Assembly (NCBI GenBank): GCA_964016885.1
Contig: OZ024742.1
Span: 124,248,001 to 124,312,000 of the forward strand
DNA length: 64,000 nt
Direction of reading: 5' to 3'
Source of the DNA: Eledone cirrhosa
Taxonomy: Eukaryota
In this document: one piece after another, positions 13,735 through 29,793 of the stretch
How the letters are laid out: each line of letters begins with the position of its first letter
Position numbering within the stretch: the stretch's first letter is position 1
Notes under the pieces: model-generated
The model's database searches: none
Told to the model about the DNA's origin: nothing
What the model saw: only the letters and a program-made list of their open reading frames with translations
Made by a program: the position numbers and the translations under genes

Positions 13735-15700
13735 TATGATGCTACCAACATTTTATCATCTTACAAAGGCCCACAGAACCTGCACAGAAATCCATATTAT
13801 ATCCGTAGTCTCTAGCATAGAAGCACTCTAGAAAATCATCTAGCTCTTTCCCTAGATCCTCAAGACCATACAAATCACCTTTCTTGGACATCTCAGTAGC
13901 TCCGATGAGGTCATAGACATCCCCCACTATCTATCTCCATATCAACTCAAACGTAATAAACACAACTTTAGCCTCGACGTTGTTGAGGTTTTAGTCCTGA
14001 AATATTAAGACATCTAAATAAAATAACGGATGACACACTAACATCTTCAGTGCTTTCATTTTCTTTTCCAAAACCTACATTTTCTTTTCAAAAACTTCCC
14101 GCCAAACCATAAATACCATCAAATCTTAAATAGATCAACTGTCAAATTTGCCTACTCCACTACCAAAATTATACAAAAAATATAAGTGCGTACAACGCAT
14201 ATAAATGTAAGAAAACCACAAACACATCAACACATCAAACACATCAAACCAACCATACACATCAAACCAACCATAATACTAAAATAAACCGCAACAAACC
14301 ACCATCTCCTTCACCTATAACAAGTCGGGTAAATTCCACACCAAATTTGACTAACTCCCCTGCTATAATATTCACGAATGATTGTAATTTTAGAATCAAA
14401 TGTAATTGCCGATTAAAGGGAAATTGTCTTATTAATAACATAGTCTATAAATGTAAAATTAGCACTAAGGACTCCACTTATTCATATATAGGAGCTACGT
14501 CTAACCAATTTAAAATAAGATTTAATACCCACAAACAGTTTTTTTAAAATGTCGCATTAGCTAATACAAAATCCTTGGCTGAAACATGCAATAATTATAG
14601 AAGAGGAATATCGATTACAACCTGACCTGGAGTGTGCTCAAAAGGGCCACCCCTTATCAAAGTAACAGATACGAGTGTAGGTTATGCTGCCAGGAACTTT
14701 TTGAAATCATGAAATCTAAGGATATCTTATTAAATAAGCGACAGGAATTAATTATATCTTGCAATCATAGAATTAGAAGAACCTTCAAATATTATAAACC
14801 TAATTAATATACACCTTACACTTATATTTTACATATTATTATAATTAGTTTTTTTAATTTAGTTAACCTATAATTAGTACTTTACTACAGAGAACTTCAT
14901 AATTTTATTTCCCTCTTACAGCACTCTTTTCCTAAAATTAATACCTAAAAGTTTACCTATAAATTAATTTAATTTCCTGTTATGAATCTAGATTCCTTGT
15001 AGTTTATATAAGATTGGTATTTCTCACTACTACCTAAAAGTTTACTTTCCTTCATTTTAACAACACTATTTAATAACATCTAATTCTTATTTATCACATT
15101 CATATGAATTAATATAAATGTATCCCTATAATTATACCTATCAATTAATTTAATTTCCTGTTATAGATCTAGATTCCTTGTGGTTTAAATAGGATTGGTA
15201 TTTCTCACTAATACCCATACCCTAACATTTTATTTACCTTCGTTTTTAAGATTATTCTTTAATAACATCAAATTTTCGTGTACCCTTCACTGGCTTGACC
15301 TCGTTTCATCCCCAAAGTATTCTTTTCATTCAAAGTATTCTTTTCATTCAAAACACAAGTCTGCACTCTTCTACCCCTAAATTAAATTTCTACTACCACT
15401 ATTCTATCAACTTGACCTCTAACTACTGTTCTATTGGTCAATTCAAAACCTGTTCCCAAACAGACCTTTTATATTAAATCTTTGTTGTTTTTTTCAATAA
15501 ACAATTTTCATCATTTCTGAAGACAGCATGTAAATGTGACGGTATGTATATATCCTCTGATAATTTATAATATTTTTACATAGATCTCTATGATATACAT
15601 ACCAACACACATATACATCCAAGAAACGATCGTAAAATGATGATTGTTTTATGTAAAGAAGTTGGTCTTTGTTTTTATTTCATTGATTTTATTTATTTAT
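13735..15700 (+). mobile_element. Decayed Penelope-like element (Naiad-type GIY-YIG) with 3' UTR and pLTR
   Basis: LPTFYHLTKAH (RT-like) near 13740; KNFPPNHKYHQILNRSTVKFAYS near 14090; GNCL..IVYKC..YIGATSNQFKIRFNTH (ORF 14347); W..LKRA.PY...C.LC..E...LLNKRQE...C.H to about 14800; HHR at 15508. The 13740 piece may be a separate fragment. Confidence 0.75.
15508..15643 (+). ncRNA. Type I hammerhead ribozyme with long stem II
   Basis: Stem I UCAUCAUUU/AAAUGAUGA (9 bp); CUGAAGA 15517-15523; ~100-nt stem II region (GGUAUGUAUAU/AUAUACAUACC); GAAA 15623-15626; palindromic ACGAUCGU; GUA site, predicted cut after 15634. Confidence 0.85.
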
Positions 15701-15804
15701 CTTGACTCTGTTTTCCTATGATTTTCATCGAAAATCTTTGAATGCATCTTCTCTTTTCATGATATCTGGATTACATTGAGTTCTTCATACATTTTGGTAG
15801 ATTT

Positions 15805-16665
<861 letters not shown>

Positions 16666-17048
16666 TAGGTATAGGATTATCCAAGATGTAGTGATGGTTA
16701 ATTACTACACTGGATATGGTTGACGTACGGTAAGAGGTTACTCTACGAGTTATGGAAAAATTGTTCAAGAAACTTAGTTCCTGATCCTTCAGTGTTCCGG
16801 AGTGTATATAAAGAATGAATAATAACAGGTAGACATCATAAAAAGGTAGTTTATTCCGTGTGCTTACAAGTGTATCCACGGTGGTGCTGCAGCCTAGTTC
16901 CGCTACGTGCAAATTCACCAGTATTTGCAGAACTCGAATATCCAATGCTGTGACCACTGTTTCCTCAGAGCAGAATGGTAAATATACAATGTAAAAACCC
17001 TTAAGTGGGGTTGTTGGGGAAGATAGATAATGTTGGATAATATATATA

Positions 17049-17237
<189 letters not shown>

Positions 17238-17421
17238 AGGCGGTGGATTGGCAGTATCGGTAGAGGGTCGGACGCCATGCTTTCCAGCATAGTTACGTCC
17301 CTTTACGCTCTGAGTTCAAATCCCGCCGAGGTTGACTTTGCCTTTCATCCTTACGGGGTCGATAAAATAAAGTACCAGTAATGTACTGGTTAATTGCTGG
17401 CCTTGTGCCTAATATAGAAAT
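17238..17421 (+). mobile_element. Full-length tRNA-derived SINE inserted in (TA)n
   Basis: A-box-like tggcagtatcgg, B-box gagttcaaatccc, Meta-like core gcctttcatccttacggggtcgataaaa. Confidence 0.9.
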
Positions 17422-17431
17422 TATATATACA

Positions 17432-17502
<71 letters not shown>

Positions 17503-17550
17503 CTAAGGCGGGTAAAATTCCCGAGATCATATATATATATATATATATAT

Positions 17551-20500
17551 CTAAGGCGGGTAAAATTCCCGAGATCCATGGACGAGTTCTCTCCAGCGGT
17601 CTCTGTCCCTCATTATCGCTGCCATATCCTGCATCTCCAACAGACCAGTGTCTGTCCTTAGGGCATCAACATATGTTAACCTTGGTCTTCCCCTTCTAGT
17701 GTGTCCATGTAGGGGCTCCCAAAGGAGCACTGAGTGCAATGTCAACTGTGGATGTCGGTGAGCATGTCCAGCCAACCTCAGTCTCCTCTGTGTCACTTTT
17801 GAGCTGACTTTTGGGATGCTCCCATACAGCTCTGAGTTTTTCATCCTCAGTGTATACTGATTAATGTTCAGAGCCATCCTCAGCATTCTCGTGTAGCACC
17901 CATCCACCATCTGAGTGAGTCTCTTGGTCAGTGTCCAAGTCTCAGACCCACACAGCAGCACAGACTCCACTACAGCAATGAAGAGGCGGATTTTCAGGTC
18001 TCTACGAAGGTCCGACTTCCACACCGATCTCAAGCTGTGACACTCCGCCCAGGCCTTGCTCTTCCTCTCAACCACATCATCTTCCGTATTCCCAATTTTT
18101 GCTCCCAAATACAGGAAGTCCTCAACCAGTTCCAGCGGCTTCCCGCCTACATTAGTGATCCCCTCTGGCTTCTCAACATTCTCTACCAGATATTTTGTTT
18201 TAGTCTCATTCATTCTCAGCCCCACACTCATCGACACAGTCTCAACCTCCCGCATCAAATCCTCTGCCTCCTTCACTGTATTTGTCACCAAAACTATGTC
18301 GTCGGCAAATTCAGCATCCGATACCTTTTTCGCCCCAACTCTCCTGCTCTGAGCCGGTGCTACAGTAAAGCCAGAGTCCTGGTGTTTCTCCAGTGCAAGG
18401 CGCATACAAAAGTCCACTACGATGATAAAAAGGTAGGGTGCCAATGTATCTCCCTGGAGCACTCCAGCCAGTATCTCAAAGAACTCTGTCATCCCATCAG
18501 GTGTAATGACTTGGGCTGTGGTGTTGGTGTAGAGCAGTGATATCAGGTCCACTATCCTCTTGGGGATTCCATAAGCCTGTAAGATCTTCATCAGGCAGTA
18601 ACGGTCCACAGAATCAAAGGCCTTCCTACAGTCAATGAAAACCATGACCGCAGGAAGGCACTTTGCTCTAGCTCCCTCTAATATCCTCCTCAGCATCAGG
18701 ATGTGCCTGGTGGTTGATCTACCCTCTCTGAAGCCGTTCTGGTTGTCCCTGAGTTTCTTCTCCATCTCAGGCTGGATCCTGTTAAGAATCATCCTGTTGA
18801 GGGTCTTTGCCACAAGTGACGTCAGTGAGATCCCCCGGTAGTTGTTGGTGTTAGAGAGATCTCCCTTCTTTGGCACTGGGACGATGTTACTGATCCTCCA
18901 CTGATTCGGGGCAACTCCTTTCTCCAGTGCCCCGTTACAGAACCCCAGGATGATATCATCAAAATCACACCTCTTCATCACCTCTGATGCCACTCCATCT
19001 TCTCCATGAGCCTTGCCCTCCTTGATCTTCTTCTTGGCTCTCTGAAGCTCCTCTCTGGTGAAGGGCTCTGTCTCAACATCCAGTTCCTCAAACAGCCGCC
19101 GGATCTCCCCAGTGCTCTGGGCTGTGGAGGGTGGCTCTCCTAGTAGGGTCCTAAAATGGTCTAGCCATTTCCTCTTACTATCCTCGGGCCCCGTTCCCTG
19201 GATCTGACTCGAACACCTTTTCTTCCTCCCTGTGATCTCGTTGATGATCATCCAGCTCTCCTTACATCCAGATCAGTCAACCGCTCTCTCCACACTTCTT
19301 ATCTTCTCTATCAGTGCCTCCTCTCTGACCTCAGTGTAAGCGGTACAGAGCTCTTCCCTCATCACCTCCACAGTCTCCATCCTCTCCTCCGTAGGATCAG
19401 CATAGAATTGGTCCCTGGCAGCTTTCAGGTGTTCTCTGGCTGCACACACTTTTGGGTTTGCAGAGCTGACGTGCTTCCCTTTGTTCTTTTTCCTCGGCAC
19501 CAGGGTTTCACTTGCTTTCGCCACTGCATTGGTGAAGTGCCCGTACCTCCTCGTCACACTCTCCTCAGTCCATCCAATCTCTCTCTCATCTGACTCTCCA
19601 CACAGAGCACTAAACCTGTTTCTCACTTCCACTGTGAACCTCTCCTGTAGCTTATCATCTTCCTTGAAAGCTCCCCAGTCATAGATTGTTCTCCGGGGCT
19701 GAGCCTTGCTCTTTCTTAAGCTCACGCGGACCTCACTCATAACAAGCCGGTGGTCACTACCCAGTGTACTGAAATAGCTGTATGGTTCCGTGTTCAGAAC
19801 ACTATTCCGCCACTTTTTCCTCACCAGAATGAAATCAATCTGGGACTTGGACAGGTGCATATCTGACATGTAGGTCCACATCTTCCCCAGATTCTTCCTA
19901 AACCTTAGGTTGGTCGCCATCAAGTTCGCCTCCAGCAGGGTATCTCTCAGTAGTCTTCCATTTCGGTTGGTGTTGTTATGTAAGTACCAGCAAGGATCTT
20001 CACTGCCCTCCTTACTCAGATGTGCATTGATGTCCCCCAAAACAAGCAGGATATTGTGTGCCTGAGTGGTGCTGACAGCTCTACACACCTCCTCATGGAA
20101 CACCTCGGCATTCACATCACTGTCCCCCTCGGTTGGACTATAGGCTGAGATGACTGTCAGTCTTGGGTTTCCATTGAAGGTCACCCTCAACACTCGCGGG
20201 GAGATAGGCATTATTTCCCTCACCAACAGATTGGTTTTTGCACTGAACACAAAACCCACTCCTCGTACTGCAGCATTTGTTGTGTTCTTCACTGCCGATG
20301 TAGTGATGAGCTGGCTCTTCCTCCCGATCATCACACTCCTCACGGGCTCATCGTGTAGAATCCTGTGTTCTTGGATCGCAAGTATCTGTATACCACTCTC
20401 CTCGAACAGATGTCCCAACTCCTCTCTCTTCTCCAGCGTTCGAATAGTCCTCACATTCAAAGTGCCCATTTTGATGGCTCTTCTGCAGGACAAAACTGCA

Positions 20501-20685
20501 TTATTTATATTTGTCTCAGAGACAGCTGGTCCATCATCCACTGGCCCTCTCTGTGGTTCTAAGCCAGCAGAGTAACTACGACCAGGCTGCTCCTTGACAG
20601 TGTAATTAGGGGCTCCAGCCCTAGTGCTGTTAGATCGACTCTCCATATTTCTTTTCAATGGCAGACAATACCTTACCGGCGCCAC
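17551..20685 (-). CDS. RTE ORF (APE endonuclease plus reverse transcriptase) interrupted by one in-frame TGA at 19273-19275
   Basis: ORFs 19273-20685 (TLNVRT, IQEH, YSPT, LGDINAH, QIDFIL, SDH) and 17551-19251 (YRGISL, QNGFR..RST, GVLQGDTLAP, FADD, YLG) are in the same frame, joined by TGA-SGCKESW. Confidence 0.88.
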
Positions 20686-20849
20686 TCGAATAAGGTAGTT
20701 ATTTAACCCATAAATGGAGCCCTAACAGGTACTACCACCCCGGGCCAGGGCAGACCTGGGAGTCATGGCAACTAAGGGGTAACTCCACATTCCCCACATC
20801 TCCTGAACTCCCGAACTGGAGCCTTGCCACTGGATGTAGTTTAATGTCA

Positions 20850-20850
<1 letters not shown>
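17551..20850 (-). mobile_element. Near full-length RTE-clade non-LTR retrotransposon flanked by (TA)n on both sides
   Basis: Single long ORF with APE endonuclease and RT, RLAGH..R and GRP C-terminal motifs typical of RTE; stop codon runs directly into the (AT)n tail; ~165-nt 5' UTR. Confidence 0.92.
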
Positions 20851-21530
<680 letters not shown>

Positions 21531-21978
21531 GTAAAGTTATATTTAAAATTGTTGGGTTACAACTAGTAAATATTTATAACTGATATAAAAGCACTCGACA
21601 AATACTTGGAGTATATTTACAATATTAAATAAATGGAAAACTATATTTATAAAACCATATTTATTTCATTATATATATTTCGGGGATATCATATTAACAA
21701 TATGCTATGCCTTCATCAGACAAAATACAATATAAACAGTTTTATAGATAAATATATTCGACATACCGTAATAAACATCAACTTCATTTGAAGAGTGAAC
21801 CTCTTCAAATGAAGTTGATGATTATTACGGTATGTCGAATATATTTATCTATAAAACTGTTTATATTGTATTTTGTCTGATGAAGGCATAGCATATTGTT
21901 AATATGATATCCCCGAAATATATATAATGAAATAAATATGGTTTTATAAATATAGTTTTCCATTTATTTAATATTGTA
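21531..21978. mobile_element. Fold-back PLE pLTR element, family B
   Basis: 178-bp inverted arms 21618-21795 and 21801-21978 (one mismatch seen), 5-nt loop, 87-bp unpaired tail; homologous to 56873-57315; flanked by (TA)n. Confidence 0.85.
21863..21939 (+). ncRNA. Type I hammerhead motif (mirror copy on the minus strand at about 21657-21733)
   Basis: CUGAUGA 21877-21883, imperfect stem II, GAAA 21915-21918, U[AUAU]A-U-A site, stem I AUAUUGUAUUUUGU/AUGAAAUAAAUAU. Confidence 0.7.
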
Positions 21979-23600
<1,622 letters not shown>

Positions 23601-23602
23601 TA

Positions 23603-23829
23603 TAGAAGCTAAAACCAATCCAAACCAAACAGTCAGACTGTTTTATCATTTCTTGCAATACTGTAACTATATGATCCTCCCCAAATATAACAATATATAC
23701 ATATATATATATATATGTGTGTATGTATATATTGTTATATTTGGGGTGGGGGGGAAATCATATAGTTACAATATTGCAAGAAATGATAAAACACACTGAC
23801 TGTCTGGTTTGGATTGGTTTTAGCTTCTA
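23603..23829. repeat. Inverted repeat of a pLTR-tail-like sequence centred on a (TA)/(TG) tract
   Basis: ~100-bp arms tagaagctaaaaccaatcc...ccccaaatataacaata and its reverse complement; resembles the family A terminus at 59405-59488. Confidence 0.75.
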
Positions 23830-23854
23830 TATATATATATAAATATAATAATAA

Positions 23855-24330
23855 TGGAGCTGCGGCGTTGCAAATGGGTTACATATAAAAAAGGGGGAGG
23901 GTCCTTCATCAGTGACCCTCCAACCGTCCCAGGCATTTCATCGCTTTAAGGGCCATATACCTCAGGTTGGTGCGAACAACGGCTAAAAAAAGTCGTTTGG
24001 ACACGTAAATAAAGAGAACGTTAGGGTGAACAAACAAAATGGTTTAAGCAACAGAAAGTGAGAGAAAAGAGACAAGTCCCAGATTTCTATGAATATAAAC
24101 TCGATAAAATCGTGAACTACTAGAGAATAAAGACCATCGGACCTGGTTGAAATGTGAGAAGGAAGGAATTTCTCACAGGTCTAACGGGAGGAAGAAGAAG
24201 AAGGGGTCAGGTCGGCGAATTCGGTAAACATAAGTTTTGTGAAGACGCAGACGAGAGAGAGAGAGAAAAAAAATTCATACCGCTTGGCCAAGAGTGCGCG
24301 AGAAAAGGAATCGGACAGGTCAAGCGGGAT
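23855..24330 (-). mobile_element. Probable PLE 3' UTR/pLTR fragment (family Y) in (TA)n
   Basis: Pyrimidine-rich minus strand leading into an HHR-like motif; (TA)n on both sides; no coding remnant seen. Confidence 0.5.
23906..23970 (-). ncRNA. Rearranged, pseudoknotted hammerhead-like RNA
   Basis: CCAACC-UG-AGGUA-U-A^UGGCCCU-UAAAGCGAU-GAAA-UGCCU-GGGAC-GGUUGG-AGGGUCA-CUGAUGA; three helices of 6, 5 and 7 bp, fully paired when G-U is allowed. Confidence 0.75.
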
Positions 24331-27270
<2,940 letters not shown>

Positions 27271-27362
27271 GAGAGAGAGAGATAGATAGATAGATATATT
27301 TCGGTGTGAGTATGTGCGTGTGCGTGCCTGTGTATACACAGGCACGCACACGCACATTACTC

Positions 27363-27984
27363 CCACCACCAATTGAGTGTGTCTCTTGGTCGGTGTCCAA
27401 GTCTCAGACACGTAGAGCAGCACAGACTCCACTGTAGCGACGAAGAGACATATCTGCAGGTATTTACGATGGTTCGACTTCCACACCGATCTCAAACTAT
27501 CGCACCACGCCCCGGATTTGCTCTTCCTCTCCAACACATACTCCTCTGTGTTCCCAATCTTTGCTCCCAGATTCAGGATGTCCTGTATCTAGCGCTTCCC
27601 ACAAACATTCATAAACTTCTCTGGATTCTTAATGTTCTCTATCAGATACTTCATCTTACCCGCATTCATTGGCAGCCCAATAATTATCGACACAGTCTTC
27701 ACCTGCGGATGAATAACACAGAGCTGTACGGAAGCCTCCATAATATCTGCTCCAAAGTAACACAGAAAAGACTGACGTTAACTGGACATGCTCACCGGCA
27801 TTCAGAGTTGACACTAAACTTAATGGTACCATGGGAGCCTCTAAACGAGCACACTAGAAAAGGTAGTCCGTGGTTGACATATACTGTTGCCTTAACCACA
27901 GGCACAGGTCTCTGGGACACACAGGACATGGCGGCGATGATGAATGACAGACATCACTAGAGAGAACTCGTCCATGGTTCTAGG

Positions 27985-27988
<4 letters not shown>
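27363..27988 (+). mobile_element. 5'-inverted, truncated RTE copy related to the 17551 element
   Basis: 27363-27700 matches about 17905-18245 in the same orientation; 27700-27988 matches the reverse complement of about 17570-17855 (LRMNNTELYGS...LTGHAHRH). Confidence 0.8.
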
Positions 27989-28042
<54 letters not shown>

Positions 28043-28837
28043 GATAACGTAACTGCCCTCTGTACACCAAGGTACTGAGTTATGCGATCATATGTGTTCA
28101 ACGACTTTTTTTGGTTAAAGGATATTAAATATTCATAATGATTATTACATTGACTCTTGAAAAGGTATTAAGTACTTTATGCAATTCATATTTTCTGTAT
28201 ACGATACATATGTGAGTGTGTGTATTTGGGTCTGTAGGTGCGTATGTGTTTGAGAGTGTGCGTTCGCGTGCATTACTTATAAATATGTTTATTGTTTTCA
28301 GCGTGAAAAAGGGTGCGTTAGAATATTGCTGTGTTCAGATTTGGGGAAATCTAATAGTAATTCATTTTTACTTCTAAATTAAAGTCTACACTGATACAAG
28401 ATTTTATTTCATCTTTCATTCTCTATATAAATGTATATGCGAATGATTATTATATTGTTAACATTTTAGATTTTCCATCAAATATAAATCTATTTCTGGC
28501 TTAATATGAAAAGTAATTATGTTAACGAATTTACTCTCAACATCTTTTGTCCTACCAAAAGATTATATAAGTAGTATTTTAATCAATAGCTTGATGATTG
28601 GATAATATAAATTATGTTTCCTCTCACGCAAGAAATTATCTTTAAAATCTACTTTGTTGGGAAATCGAATGAAAGAAGGTAAAACGATGATTTCAATAAG
28701 AATGTATCATAATTTAGACGAACATGAAATTTTTACAAAATTTGGCTCTACAGATTTGATGAAAAAAGAATCATCTTTCAATAGATTTTTCAATTTCGCC
28801 TCATTTTAGATCTTCCAATATTTCATTACATAAACGT

Positions 28838-29793
28838 ATTCCTACGTATGCCGCAATGTTATATGGACGTTATGTCTTGCTGGAGTCTCTTTCCTACGTG
28901 AATATGCAGCAATGTCATATGGATGTTATATCTTGCTGAAGTCTCCTTCCTACATCAATATACAGCAATGTCATATGGATGTTATGTCTTGCTGGAGTCT
29001 CTTTCCTACATGAATATGTAGCAATGTCATATGGATGTTATATGTTGCTGGAGTCTCTTTCCTACATGAATATGTAGCAATGTCATATGGATGTTATATG
29101 TTGCTGGAGTCTCTTTCCTACGTGAATATGCAGCAATCGCATATGGATGTTATGTCTTGCTGGAGTCTCTTTCCTACGTTATATGGACGTTATGTCTTGC
29201 TGGAAACTCTTTCCTACGTGAATATGCAGCAATGTCATATGGACGTTATGTCTTGCTAGAATCTCTTTTCTACGTAAATATGCAGCAATGTCATATGGAT
29301 GTTATGTCTTGCTAGAATCTCTTTTCTACGTAAATATGCAGCAATGTCATATGGATGTTATGTCTTGCTAGAATCTCTTTCCTACATGAATATGCAGCAA
29401 TGTCATATGGATGTTATATGTTGCTGGAGTCTCTTTCCTACGTGAATATGCAGCAATGTTATATGGACGTTATGTGTTGCTGGAATCTCTTTCCTACGTC
29501 ATATGGACATTATGTCTTGCTGGAATCTCTTTCCTACGTGAATATGCAGCAATGTCATATGGATGTTATATGTTGCTGGAGTCTCTTTCCTACGTGAATA
29601 TGCAGCAATGTCATATGGACGTTATGTCTTGCTGGAAAATCTTTCCTACGTGAATATGCAGCAATGGCATATGGATGTTATGTCTTACTGGAATCTCTTT
29701 TCTACGTGAATATGCAGCAATGTCATATGGATGTTATGTCTTGCTAGAATCTCTTTTCTACGTCATATGGACATTGTGTCTTACTGGAGTCTC
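28838..29793. repeat. 56-bp minisatellite with 40-bp deletion variants, about 18 units
   Basis: Unit tcctacgtgaatatgcagcaatgtcatatggatgttatgtcttgctggagtctctt; short units near 29172, 29492 and 29757. Confidence 0.95.

Noticed and set aside
16666-17035. Unique island inside TA tracts within the 495-aa ORF
   Set aside because: The ORF is open only through the flanking repeats; possibly a decayed PLE fragment but the motifs are too weak.
17238-17421. tRNA gene
   Set aside because: A/B boxes are present but there is no cloverleaf; it is a multi-copy SINE head.
18037-20575. Plus-strand ORFs overlapping the RTE
   Set aside because: Antisense shadows of the LINE ORF with no recognisable motifs.
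28838-29793. CRISPR-like regular array
   Set aside because: Contiguous tandem units with no unique spacers, no cas genes, eukaryotic context.
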